DNA of 64,000 nucleotides from Candidatus Thorarchaeota archaeon (GCA_020348985.1 CP070761.1:1273747-1337746); one strand, 5' to 3'; numbered from the stretch's first letter, positions 48,143 to 58,242 are shown. Numbers and translations: made by a program. The notes: generated from the letters alone by a model not told the origin.

Positions 48143-49714
48143 CTAATCCTCCTCCTCTTCGAAGAGTTCCTTGGAAGCTTTTCTCATTTGTTTGAGCTGA
48201 GCAGTAGACATCTGATCTGCCATTGCTGAAGGTGCACCCGCTGACGCAGCCATCTCCATCTCTTCGAGCCGCTCCATACTCTCCTCTTCTGAGGCAAGAA
48301 CTTCGTCAGCCCTGTCAAGAGATTTTGCTACTGGCTTAGGAGCGCCTTTTGCTGTCTTCTTGAGCGCAGCTCTAAAACTAGAGATTCGTTCCTTGCCCTT
48401 CTTTGTGTCACCACGAAGCGATTCTTCACCCGCCTTTTGAGCGACAAATGTGGCGCCAACGGTTGGGTCAAGTGTTTCTACAATCTCTTCTTCCTTCTTC
48501 GCCACCTTGAGCTTCTTTGTCACCGCTCTGACTCGTCGAGCTCCTTCTGCATCTGTGTACTCGACTTGAACTTGGATGGGAACTTCAGGGGTTTCAATCT
48601 TGCCGTCTGGCTCGACCTCGAAGTAGAGTTCGTGGTCTTCACCAACTACGCCAATCCTTCCTTCGGCCTTCTCTTTGAGCTCCTCAACAACCGCTCTTGA
48701 TACACCAGATGCATCCTTGACTTTCATTCCAGGCGGGGTGACCAATCGGACCTCCACATCACGTCCAAGCAGACTTGCACCAGCCAGCTCTGACAGACTT
48801 CTATCAAGCTCGTTGGGCTGGACATAGTACATCTGCCCACCGGTTGCCTCTGGCAATAGACCTAGAGTCCTTAGCTCCATGCCTGACCCAGAAGCGATTC
48901 CAACGACATCAAGCGAAGTACCAATCTTGCGGTACATGCCACCCATCTTCTCGTAGTATTCATTGGCGGGCGTCACCTGATATCCTTCAAGAGCTCCGAT
49001 TCCTTCATTGGCAAGACCGTCGGTGAGTAATACAACTCTGTCTACATTTCTGTGCTTGGCAACCACATAGCCCATGGCTACTGCCGGTCCAAGTGCAGTT
49101 CCACCTTGATCTCGAAGTGCCTGAACGTGCTTCTTCAGCTTTGCAGCGTTGGGTCCAACGTTGACCATCTTTACTCTGTCCAAGAGCTTCTTGGTGGCAT
49201 CCAAGATTTGGTCCAGACTCGGATAGGTCTCGCGAGGAAGCTCGAATCCCTCTCCTGTTTCCATGTTCCGTGCGACTACTCCGCTTTCAAACTCGATAAG
49301 TCCGAATAGCGTATCAGGCGAATTCGCAGCCAGACTATCGATTGATGTGCTGAGGCTTCTCTTGACGGCCGCCAGATTGGCTCCTGCCATCGAGCCAGAA
49401 ACATCAATTAGAGCAAGAAATGCTCTTCCTGCCGCAGATTCTATACCCGTAGTCTCATCTATGGTCTCAGGTGGGGGAGTGATTTCAAAATCGGCCTCGT
49501 CTCCAGCCACAACAACCTCACCTTCGATTACATTGAGGGTGCCACAGAAAGTGCAATTGAAATGCTTGCCGACTTTGGGGTCTTCCTTTATCTCTTCTAC
49601 ACTGAGGAGAAAGCCATTGCATTTGTGGCATGCTATAGGCTTGCCCACAATCTTTGTCGTTTCGCGCGCAAGATCTCCAAATTCAACACGCACGACATAT
49701 GGTATATCGCTCAT
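48143..49714 (-). CDS. Sec23/Sec24-like protein (zinc finger, vWA trunk, beta-sandwich)
   Basis: PIACHKCNGFL...FNCTFCGTLN finger; LIDVSGSM, GGTALGPA, LLTDGLANEG, ATGG; IQVQVEYT..G.RRVR. Confidence 0.82.
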   Translation of the reverse strand: MSDIPYVVRVEFGDLARETTKIVGKPIACHKCNGFLLSVEEIKEDPKVGKHFNCTFCGTLNVIEGEVVVAGDEADFEITPPPETIDETTGIESAAGRAFLALIDVSGSMAGANLAAVKRSLSTSIDSLAANSPDTLFGLIEFESGVVARNMETGEGFELPRETYPSLDQILDATKKLLDRVKMVNVGPNAAKLKKHVQALRDQGGTALGPAVAMGYVVAKHRNVDRVVLLTDGLANEGIGALEGYQVTPANEYYEKMGGMYRKIGTSLDVVGIASGSGMELRTLGLLPEATGGQMYYVQPNELDRSLSELAGASLLGRDVEVRLVTPPGMKVKDASGVSRAVVEELKEKAEGRIGVVGEDHELYFEVEPDGKIETPEVPIQVQVEYTDAEGARRVRAVTKKLKVAKKEEEIVETLDPTVGATFVAQKAGEESLRGDTKKGKERISSFRAALKKTAKGAPKPVAKSLDRADEVLASEEESMERLEEMEMAASAGAPSAMADQMSTAQLKQMRKASKELFEEEED

Positions 49715-49810
49715 GACTCGTTTCGACTCTGGAAACGCATCAGAGCTGGTTCTCAGCATTTGGATCAATCCTCGAGTTGTGAGCGACACTCAACTACAAG
49801 AGCTTTCCGT

Positions 49811-49892
49811 GTCTCAGCCTCCTTCTCCGGATTCGCCACAGTCTTTGCACAAGCGGGGTCATCATCCCGCAATCCAGATTCATCACTGAAAC
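49811..49892 (-). ncRNA. Structured RNA element with C/D-like and K-loop motifs in the Sec23/24-like leader
   Basis: GTGATGA...CTGA closure, TCTGGATT/AATCCGGA stem, GCGGG-ATGATGAC-CCCGC hairpin. Confidence 0.5.
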
Positions 49893-50086
49893 TAGAGAGG
49901 TCACCATGCATGCCAAAGGAGCAGGGACTCCAATGGAGTGATTCATCTCTAAGTAGTGGATTGGAATTGGTACTTCCGTGCATACTATATTGGTATTGGG
50001 AGAAAGGATGACTGGGCGGCTGATTGGAATCTCGTTGCGGAATTGTGTTCTTTACAAATCACAATTGTGGGTGTGGGGTACACATC

Positions 50087-50449
50087 TTAAGGCCACAGCC
50101 ATACAGTGTCGAAGAAGGTCACGTTCCGGAGGTAGCTCTCTGAAGTCACCGTTCCTCTCACCACAACAATAGAATACAACCATGAAAATGTCAATCTCTC
50201 ATCAGAGAACATTAGACTGCCTGTTCCATCTGACAAGGTGGCAATGTAAGTACCACCCATCTGCTCCTGAAGGACTTGAGTAATGTTTCCTTTGACTGTG
50301 ACAGCAGTACCAATTGCAATAGTTCCATCGTTGATGTCGGAGATACTGGTTAGCTGGCCGATGCCATCATGCCACGCGACTACTGCTGCCGCCGAAACAA
50401 TTGAGACTAGCGAAAGAAGTGATACTACAAGTAGAATCCGTCTCCTCAA
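50087..50449 (-). CDS. Secreted or anchored OB-fold protein
   Basis: RRR plus hydrophobic N-terminus; VTVKG.I, LSDGTGSL, VVVRGTV. Confidence 0.7.
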   Translation of the reverse strand: MRRRILLVVSLLSLVSIVSAAAVVAWHDGIGQLTSISDINDGTIAIGTAVTVKGNITQVLQEQMGGTYIATLSDGTGSLMFSDERLTFSWLYSIVVVRGTVTSESYLRNVTFFDTVWLWP

Positions 50450-50747
50450 GCCAATCCTCCTCTGAACAACAATGCTCCTTGATTGTGTTAAGGTTTGTGA
50501 CAGTATAGGTTCTGTACTCGTAAACTGGTTGTTCAGAGCTTCTGTTCAGTTGAACTCTATGTCACAACATAGGCAATAATGACCTCTCCAGAAGGTATAC
50601 GGCCTCCTCGCCATTTGCGGTTTTAAGTAAATCGCATTCGGAGCGGTTCATCTAATCAAAAAGAATAAACCGATTGTCACAACGCGTAAGATTTAAACTG
50701 GAGAGCAGTCTGAGCAACTAAGAGAGCCTGTAAGGAGAGTTGTTGGA

Positions 50748-51116
50748 ATGGTTGACAAGGCCAAGATTGAGAGTATTGTTGCAGATACGATGGCAGCAAA
50801 TGCTGACATTGAAGGGGTTGTTGTCTGTGATTCAAAGGCCAAGGTGATCTTTGGGCACACTGTGATGGCAGGTGTTAAGCACTCAGAAGTTGCGGATTTG
50901 GCAGTCAAGATTGCCACCAACTCCTCTGGGCTAGCTGGAAAGCTTGACAAGGGTGGACTTAACGAGGTCAGCATCGCTTCAGAGAAAGGCTTCATAATTG
51001 TACTCGGCGATGTGAAGATGGTTCTTGCAGGCATAGCAGGGGAGGGCGCTAGAGAATCTCTAGGGCTACTGAGAATGGCCCTCAGGCGTGCCCTCAGAGC
51101 GATGGTCGCTGACTAG
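50748..51116 (+). CDS. Roadblock/profilin-fold protein
   Basis: IEGVVVCDSK, LDKGGLNEVSI, SLGLLRM; AGGAG RBS and TTTAAA promoter upstream. Confidence 0.8.
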   Translation: MVDKAKIESIVADTMAANADIEGVVVCDSKAKVIFGHTVMAGVKHSEVADLAVKIATNSSGLAGKLDKGGLNEVSIASEKGFIIVLGDVKMVLAGIAGEGARESLGLLRMALRRALRAMVAD

Positions 51117-51317
51117 AATCAAAGCGCGCTGTTAGGGGTATCTTTTTCTGTGCATATAGTGTAGACCGCGCAACCGTGAGATGTATATCCAGATATACTG
51201 GCAGTATTACGGGTGTGTTACCAACCGCTAAGATGGGATATATTCCCTTGATAATCGGGGTAGACACGCCAAAAGGCATGCGAAAACGACACTCATAACA
51301 CCGGAAGGGAACGGATC

Positions 51318-54300
51318 TTGGTCTTCATTGACAAGCTTGTTTGCAAAGGCTTCAAGTCATTTGGCCGAGAGACCGTTACTATAAGATTGAACCCCGGTTT
51401 CACTTGCATTGTTGGCCCGAATGGTTCCGGAAAATCAAACGTTGTCGATGCAGTGTTGTTCGTCCTAGGCCAGTTAAGCGCCAAAACACTTCGAGCAAAC
51501 GTGTTCTCTGATCTCTTGTACTCTCCGCCGAAGCCTGATATGCCCCCAAGGGCCAAAGCCGCCTCTGTGGAGCTTCATTTCAACAACACCGATAGAAAGC
51601 TCCAGATAGAAGCAGACAAGGTCGTAATTGAAAGGGAGCTGGACGAATCAGGAAAGTCTGTTTGTAGGATAAACGGCAAGACAGTCACAAGAACCCAAGT
51701 CTTGGAGGTTCTTGGCAGCATCGGCGTCGATCCTAATGGGTACAATCTCGTGCTTCAGGGAGAGATAGCACAGATTGTCAAGGTAAGCCCAAATGACAGA
51801 AGGAAGCTCATCGAAGAAATCGCAGGGATATCTGCATATGATGAGCAAAAGGAGCGCGCCATGAAGAAACTTGCAGAGAGCGAGGCCAATCTTGGCAAAG
51901 TAGACATGCAGCTTCAGGAACGACGACGACAACTTGAGAGGCTAGAGCTCGAGAGAACCGATGCGCTACGCTACAATAGCATTCAAGACCAAATCAGGCA
52001 AATCAAGATTGACAATACTGCATGGAATCTAATCAAACAGAAACGACGAATAGAGGCAATCGATCATACTCTTCAACAGCGTGCCGTTGAGGCAGAGAAT
52101 CTGCAAAATCAGACCAAAGAGATCGAGAAGGGGATACTAGAAAGCGAGGCAGAGATAGAGGACATTGACGCTGAAGTCGATAGAATTGCCGGTGCAGATG
52201 CAAAGCTTGTTTCTGAGCAATACGGTCTAGTATCAGCTGCTCAGGACCATGCCGCCGCTGACCTCGATCGTGCAAAGAGTGAGTTCGATAGAACTTGGCA
52301 AGAACGTGAGAGCCTTGAGGGAGAGCTAAGGTCCGTAAAGGATGAGATAGAGCAATCAGAACAACAGATAGAGGAACAGGAAAAGAAGCTCTCTAGATTG
52401 GATGTTGAGATTGAGGAGACCTCTAAGGAGGTTGCTAGATTGGAGTCCAGACTGGAGAATGAACAGTCTTCGCTTCTCGAAGCAACTCACAGACTTCAGG
52501 ACCTCAACAAACAGATGGCTGCTTTGGATGAAGGAGTGTCAGAGGTACGGTCAGCCCTCAAGTCCGACAGGCGCGAACTTGGCCTTGTATACGAAGAACT
52601 CCAAGATACTGAGGAAGGATTGAGAAAGACGTTAGCCGAGCTTGAGGAGCTAGATGATATCTATCCTGCCAAGAGGACCAAGCTCGAGGAGGCAGAGGAA
52701 ACAGAGAAAGCTAAGCGCGCCGAGCTATATGACATTGAGGAGCGTCTAAAGACTGTTGATGCAGAAGTAAGAGAATCATCAAAAGTAGTTGGCTCGGCAC
52801 GGGATGAGCTCATTAGATTGGAGGCCCGGAAAGAGGCACTCCGGGAAGCCGAGGAGGCATTTCTGAAGAGGAGACGGGCCATTGCGAAAGTGCTGGAATT
52901 GAGGGATTCTGGAACAGTTGCAGGCATTTTGGGCACTGTAGCAGAACTTGGTACGATAAACCCGGATTATGCAGTGGCTTTAGAAGTTGCGGCCGGAAAC
53001 AGGCTTTCTCACATTGTTGTGGAAGATGAACACGTAGCAACTGAATGTGTAAACACTCTCAAGCGAGAACGGGTCGGTCGATCTTCTTTCATTCCTCTGA
53101 GTAAGATAAAGACACGCGCTCCCGGAAAGCCAGTCAAGGAAGAGGGTGTTGTCGGCTACGCACTGGACCTTGTGAGTTTCGATTCCAAAGTGCGGCCTGC
53201 TTTCGAGTTTGTATTCACAGACACTGTTGTGACTGAAGACTTTGAATCCGCAAAGCGGCTTGGGTTTAAAGGCAGAAGAGCAGTTTCGCTTGATGGAGAT
53301 CTTGTCGAAAGATCCGGATTAATCACCGGGGGACATTATCAGAGAGTAGCTACAGGGTTGTCGTTGCAGGAAGAGGATAGAAGTCCTGATGTAGCAGAGC
53401 GATTGGGCGGACTTGAGGAGATACTGGAATCTCTCAAGACTCAACAAGAAGACCTTAGAAAGCAGAAATCGGTTCTTGATCGCGAGCTTCAGGACCTTTC
53501 GAAGAAGAACTACAGAGACAGAATGGACCTCGAGAGGATTGAGGAGAGCCTTGAAGAAAAGAAAACCAGGGTCGTCACCCTGGAAGAGAAGCTTGAAAGT
53601 TCGAAAGCGTTGACGAAAGCACTTGAACAGCAAATATCGGAACTCCAGGAACGTGATACGGAATTAACGGCTCATCGAGAGGACGTACGCTCCAGACGAG
53701 ACGGCGTCAATGAAACTCTTGTCAAGTCTGATGTAGCGAACATCACTCAAGAGGGCAAAGATCTGAAGGAAATCCTTGAACACTATAAGCGTGAGAGAGA
53801 GACTCTTCTCGGTGAGATTACTGGATTGAGAGTTGGCTTGGATGAACGACTGAGACCCCGCATGGACGACTTGGATGGTCGGCTCAAGAAATTCAACGAT
53901 TTGCTGCCGACATTGGAGAAAGATGTCAAAGATCTCGAAGGCAGGCTAGCGGAGAAACAGAAACAGTTCGAGGATTTGAAACTCGAAAGGGAACGGATTG
54001 ACGGAGCAGTCAAAGACAAACGTGTCTACCAGTTGGAATTGAAGGAGAAACTCCGGAATCTAAGACTCGAACTCGAGGAGACAAGAGAAAATCAGACCAA
54101 CAATGAGAAGGCTGTCTATAGGCTCACAAGCGAGAGAGGGCGATTGGAGACAGACTCCGTAGCATTGTTTGCTGAACTGGATTCATTCTGTGAGGCGCAG
54201 GAAGAAGTCAGCAAGAGAGAGCAAAAGGAGGAGCCTACTCGTAGAGAAATTGACAACATGGATGAGAAGATTCTCGAGCTACAAAGAGAGCTTGAAGCGA

Positions 54301-54908
54301 TGGGACTTGTCAACCTGAAATCAATTGCTGATTACGAAATAGAGCGTGAGAAGTACGACGAAATAGTGGACAAGAAGAGGCGATTAGAAGACGAACACAA
54401 GGAGATTCTTGCATTCATGGAAGAAATTGAGGCTGAGAAAACGCGTAAGTTCCTGCAAGTATACAACGACATTGCAGACAACTTCTCGTCTGTCTTTGCG
54501 AAGCTATCCCCCGGAGGTGAAGCCAGCCTTATGCTTGAGAATCCGGAACATCCTTTGATGGGAGGCATAACGGTGCGGTCAAAGCCTCGCGGCAAGGATC
54601 TGGTCACGCTGGATGCAATGAGCGGCGGCGAGAAAACACTGACCGGCCTCGCACTGATCTTTGCTATCCAATTATACAGTCCGGCCAGCTTCTACGTATT
54701 CGATGAGATTGACGCCGCGCTAGATGATGTCAATGCCCACAACGTAGCTCTGTTGATCTCTGAAATGGCGAAATCGTCACAATTCGTAGTTGTGTCTTTG
54801 AGAGATACAACAGTTAGAAAGGCAGACTTGCTGATTGGCGTATCTAACCAAGATGGAATTTCAAGAATCGTTTCCGTGGACCTAGAGGAGGTGGGAGCTA
54901 CCGCATGA
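51318..54908 (+). CDS. smc: Chromosome segregation protein SMC
   Basis: GFKSF, GPNGSGKSN, hinge GR..FIPL and G.ITGG, MSGGEK, FDEIDAALD. Confidence 0.97.
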   Translation: MVFIDKLVCKGFKSFGRETVTIRLNPGFTCIVGPNGSGKSNVVDAVLFVLGQLSAKTLRANVFSDLLYSPPKPDMPPRAKAASVELHFNNTDRKLQIEADKVVIERELDESGKSVCRINGKTVTRTQVLEVLGSIGVDPNGYNLVLQGEIAQIVKVSPNDRRKLIEEIAGISAYDEQKERAMKKLAESEANLGKVDMQLQERRRQLERLELERTDALRYNSIQDQIRQIKIDNTAWNLIKQKRRIEAIDHTLQQRAVEAENLQNQTKEIEKGILESEAEIEDIDAEVDRIAGADAKLVSEQYGLVSAAQDHAAADLDRAKSEFDRTWQERESLEGELRSVKDEIEQSEQQIEEQEKKLSRLDVEIEETSKEVARLESRLENEQSSLLEATHRLQDLNKQMAALDEGVSEVRSALKSDRRELGLVYEELQDTEEGLRKTLAELEELDDIYPAKRTKLEEAEETEKAKRAELYDIEERLKTVDAEVRESSKVVGSARDELIRLEARKEALREAEEAFLKRRRAIAKVLELRDSGTVAGILGTVAELGTINPDYAVALEVAAGNRLSHIVVEDEHVATECVNTLKRERVGRSSFIPLSKIKTRAPGKPVKEEGVVGYALDLVSFDSKVRPAFEFVFTDTVVTEDFESAKRLGFKGRRAVSLDGDLVERSGLITGGHYQRVATGLSLQEEDRSPDVAERLGGLEEILESLKTQQEDLRKQKSVLDRELQDLSKKNYRDRMDLERIEESLEEKKTRVVTLEEKLESSKALTKALEQQISELQERDTELTAHREDVRSRRDGVNETLVKSDVANITQEGKDLKEILEHYKRERETLLGEITGLRVGLDERLRPRMDDLDGRLKKFNDLLPTLEKDVKDLEGRLAEKQKQFEDLKLERERIDGAVKDKRVYQLELKEKLRNLRLELEETRENQTNNEKAVYRLTSERGRLETDSVALFAELDSFCEAQEEVSKREQKEEPTRREIDNMDEKILELQRELEAMGLVNLKSIADYEIEREKYDEIVDKKRRLEDEHKEILAFMEEIEAEKTRKFLQVYNDIADNFSSVFAKLSPGGEASLMLENPEHPLMGGITVRSKPRGKDLVTLDAMSGGEKTLTGLALIFAIQLYSPASFYVFDEIDAALDDVNAHNVALLISEMAKSSQFVVVSLRDTTVRKADLLIGVSNQDGISRIVSVDLEEVGATA

Positions 54909-55621
54909 GTGATGAAGAAGGCTCGCCTTTCTGGGCAGGACCTCCATATATTCTCCTGACTGATGTTCTTCAACTTGACAAGGTGAAACCATGGAATGTC
55001 GATGTTGGGAAGCTTGTCGCAGGCTTCCTTCGTGAAATGAGACGGCTGGGAGACATTGATTTCAGAATATCGGGAAATGCACTCTATTCCGCCTCAGTGA
55101 TTTTCATGAAAAAGACAAGGGAACTTGTCGAGCTGGGTCTATTACCCCCTGAGGAAGATGATGAGGACGAGGAACTAGAGATTCCTCTGATTAGGCCTCC
55201 CTTTAGAGTCACGAATCAACGCGTAACGCTTCAAGAACTACTAATCGCAATGGACAGAGTGTTGAGCAAGGGTGTAAGAAGACGTTCACCACCCACGAAA
55301 AGGAGACTAAGAGGTAGAGCGGACCCGTTGGCCTTCAAGATGGATTCTGCGAGAGCCAACGTTGAGGAGAATATTGCTCAGGTATACGGAGACCTTTGTG
55401 AGATAATGGAGATTGATGAAGTTGTCAAGTTTGTAGATATTCTTGTGAATAACAGCAGGATTGAGATTGTTAGAGTGCTCTTTGCACTCCTTCATCTTTT
55501 CGCACGCTCCTACATCGATATATGGATGGATGAGAGTGAGGAGATCTGGGTACAGCTTCTAAGCCCTCCACCGGAAGAAGATTCTGAAGAAGTCATAGAG
55601 CAGCAGGTCAGCCAGAGGTGA
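54905..55621 (+). CDS. scpA: Kleisin ScpA
   Basis: PWNVDV, DFRISG, VTLQEL, LFALLHL; ATGA overlap with smc. Confidence 0.88.
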   Translation: MSDEEGSPFWAGPPYILLTDVLQLDKVKPWNVDVGKLVAGFLREMRRLGDIDFRISGNALYSASVIFMKKTRELVELGLLPPEEDDEDEELEIPLIRPPFRVTNQRVTLQELLIAMDRVLSKGVRRRSPPTKRRLRGRADPLAFKMDSARANVEENIAQVYGDLCEIMEIDEVVKFVDILVNNSRIEIVRVLFALLHLFARSYIDIWMDESEEIWVQLLSPPPEEDSEEVIEQQVSQR

Positions 55622-56181
55622 TTCCTGTGGAAGAAGACTTGGTCACTTTGGAGGCGGCATTATATGTCTCAGGTAGGCCCCTAACGATTGAGGAGCTAGC
55701 CGCGCTAATCGGAAAAGGGCAGTCTTCGACCAAGAAAATGCTTGAGGAGCTTGGTTTTGAGTATCGGAAGCGTGGCGGAGCACTCGAGGTGGTCGAGCTG
55801 CCGAGAGAAAGATATGTACTGCAACTTGTCCCGGAACTCACACCTCGTGTGAGCCGACTAATCCCCGGAGGTCTTCTGTCCTTTGCAACCCTTCAAACAT
55901 TGGTATACGTTGCCTTGAAACAGCCGATTCTCCAATCAGATGTAGTGGCCCAGCGAGGAACACATTGCTACGACCACATAAAGGAGCTAATGGAGAAGAA
56001 GTTCGTAGTAGCGACACCAGAAGGAAGGAGCAAGCTTCTTAGAACAACTCCACTCTTCGCAGATTACTTTGGACTCGACCCTGATATGGTTAAGATGAAG
56101 GCTCAGCTCAAGTTCAAGATGCGAAGAATGGTTGAAGATCAACAGATGACTGAAGAGCCTTCAAGTCCTGATATGCTCTAG
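55618..56181 (+). CDS. scpB: Kite protein ScpB
   Basis: LEAALYVSG.PL, TL..VA.KQPI, RG, TT..F..YFGL; GTGA overlap with scpA. Confidence 0.93.
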   Translation: MIPVEEDLVTLEAALYVSGRPLTIEELAALIGKGQSSTKKMLEELGFEYRKRGGALEVVELPRERYVLQLVPELTPRVSRLIPGGLLSFATLQTLVYVALKQPILQSDVVAQRGTHCYDHIKELMEKKFVVATPEGRSKLLRTTPLFADYFGLDPDMVKMKAQLKFKMRRMVEDQQMTEEPSSPDML

Positions 56182-57191
56182 CAGACTCTTGGAATCGGCT
56201 CCCCGTAGGGCACCTGGATTATCTTTCGTCCACCCACTGCAGTCTTCATCACAACTCGTGTCTTACCCTCTCGGAGTTTCCCAATGACTTTCGCATCCCT
56301 GGTTTGTGGGGCTCTTCCGAGAGCAGCAAGGATACCCTTGGTTGAGGATGGATCAACAGCCATCAAAGCAGTACCCTCACAGCTCATATGAAGTGGATTC
56401 AAACCGAGGATTTCGCATAGTGAATTCACAGCTTTACGTACTGGAATGAGATTCTCGTCTATCTCCATTTCGAGTCCTGACTTTGAGGCGATCTCGTTCA
56501 GTGCGACAGCAGTTCCACCACGAGTAGGATCCTTCATTGCATGGACGCCACCAACATCAAGACACTCCTTGATTGGACTCCATAGAGGGGCAACGTCACT
56601 AACAAGGTCTGTCTTGAACTTCAGACCCTCCCGATGGGCGAGAAGCGCTGTGCCGTGGTCTCCTATTGGACCAGTTATGATCACATCGTCCCCTGCTTTG
56701 GCACCGCCATCTGTGATGGGTTCATCGAGATAACAGATGCCGATACCAGTTGTGGACATTATGAGCCCATCGAGTGTGCCCTTTGGCATGACTTTCGTAT
56801 CACCCGCGATCATTGCCACTCCCAAAGGCTCTATGATTTCATTGAGAGACGTCAGAACTTTCTTCAGTTCCGCTATCTCAAATCCCTCTTCAACTATCAC
56901 TGTGTTTGTCATAGCAAGTGGTTTTGCGCCCATTACAGCAAGATCATTGATTGTTCCGCAGGCTGCGAGAGTTCCAAGATCACCACCTGGGAAGAATACG
57001 GGATGTATTGTGTGCGCATCTGTGCATACTAGCAAATCTATGTCTTCAGTCTGGATAGTGGCGCCATCGTCCATCTCTTCGAGACCTATGGTACCAATCT
57101 TCTTTCGACCAAATGAGGGGATTATGACTCCCTCAAGCAGACGCTGCATTACTCTTCCACCAGCACCATGTGCCGATTCAATCTGGGTCAT
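56178..57191 (-). CDS. hypE: Hydrogenase maturation protein HypE
   Basis: HGAGG, FFPGGD.G, GDTKV, DPTRGG, C-terminal PRVC. Confidence 0.95.
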   Translation of the reverse strand: MTQIESAHGAGGRVMQRLLEGVIIPSFGRKKIGTIGLEEMDDGATIQTEDIDLLVCTDAHTIHPVFFPGGDLGTLAACGTINDLAVMGAKPLAMTNTVIVEEGFEIAELKKVLTSLNEIIEPLGVAMIAGDTKVMPKGTLDGLIMSTTGIGICYLDEPITDGGAKAGDDVIITGPIGDHGTALLAHREGLKFKTDLVSDVAPLWSPIKECLDVGGVHAMKDPTRGGTAVALNEIASKSGLEMEIDENLIPVRKAVNSLCEILGLNPLHMSCEGTALMAVDPSSTKGILAALGRAPQTRDAKVIGKLREGKTRVVMKTAVGGRKIIQVPYGEPIPRVC

Positions 57192-57342
57192 TGAGATTCC
57201 TCCGACAACCTGAGAGCAGGACAATCATCTATCTTTATGAACGAGGCGGTGACCAATAGTCCAATGCTGCCGGTAGCCACGAAGCAACATTTAAAACAAC
57301 ACTTCGGAGTGCGTCAGTGACCCTTACTAGAGGTAGTCAGAA

Positions 57343-57720
57343 ATGGGCGTATGGCATCGACGTTCTGGACGAATATCCACAGGAGCTAGACGGAAGCGTT
57401 TCATGAGCAAGAGAAAGCATGAGATGGGCAGAACTCCGACAGAGACCCTGATGGGAGAACCTAAGCGTAGAATAATCGATAGTAGGGGAATAAGGAAGAA
57501 AACGCCCGCATTGGCCTTGATACAGGTCAACGTTACGGATCCGAAGAAGAACGAAACCGTCAGGGCAGAGCTCGAGGATGTTGAAGAAAACTCTGCGAAC
57601 ATGGACTACCAGCGCCGAAAGGTCATTACAAGAGGAACAATAATCAGGACCTCAAAGGGCAGAGCTCGAGTCACAAGCAGACCAGGTCAAGATGGTATTC
57701 TGAACGCCGTTTTAATTTGA
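57343..57720 (+). CDS. rps8e: Ribosomal protein eS8
   Basis: KRKHEMGR, ITRGTII, VTSRPGQDG..NAVL. Confidence 0.96.
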   Translation: MGVWHRRSGRISTGARRKRFMSKRKHEMGRTPTETLMGEPKRRIIDSRGIRKKTPALALIQVNVTDPKKNETVRAELEDVEENSANMDYQRRKVITRGTIIRTSKGRARVTSRPGQDGILNAVLI

Positions 57721-58107
57721 TTGTCCGGGAGCAATCTCGACCTCAATGTTGGTTATTACAAAATCCTTGCCGCCAGTTATGTCGGTGGCACTGCTTCCAC
57801 ATTCAGAGCATTTCATCGGAGAGAACATAGCAATCTGTGGAGCTATTTCTGTATCCACCTTCGTCTCACCCTCATGTCCACACTTTTGACATTTAACTCT
57901 CCCCTGAACTGTGGTTATGTTCAGACTTGCCCCCTCCATAATTGTGTCTCTGCTAGCAATCTCAAAGTTGAATTCAAGCTGTTCTGGTACAAGGAAAGTG
58001 AACTCGCCAACCTCAACATTGACCGCTGTGATTCTCTTCACTCTATGGCCTTTGGCCCCCTCAAGGGCTGCTTCGACGATTGAACAAGCGGCTGAGAACT
58101 CGTGCAT
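57712..58107 (-). CDS. hypA: Hydrogenase nickel metallochaperone HypA
   Basis: MHEFS, CQKC...CSEC, GGKDF. Confidence 0.93.
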   Translation of the reverse strand: MHEFSAACSIVEAALEGAKGHRVKRITAVNVEVGEFTFLVPEQLEFNFEIASRDTIMEGASLNITTVQGRVKCQKCGHEGETKVDTEIAPQIAMFSPMKCSECGSSATDITGGKDFVITNIEVEIAPGQSN

Positions 58108-58242
58108 GAGACACCGTCCTATGCGGCCAACAATAGCCGCTGTTAAGTTGTTTTTGTTCTGTCCGCCTTCTTTAAGACCACTTATTAGAAAGAGTTGGGT
58201 CTGGCACTGTGGCCAACCACAGGGATTCCGGGAGGTAGCGTA

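Noticed and set aside
49811-49892. SECIS interpretation of the AUGAA…GAA stem
   Set aside because: Core geometry does not fit a SECIS, and no UGA-interrupted gene lies next to it.
49765-49983. 72-aa minus ORF and the 25-aa N-terminal extension of the Sec23/24-like ORF
   Set aside because: No motif; the region is better explained as structured RNA, though coding is not excluded.
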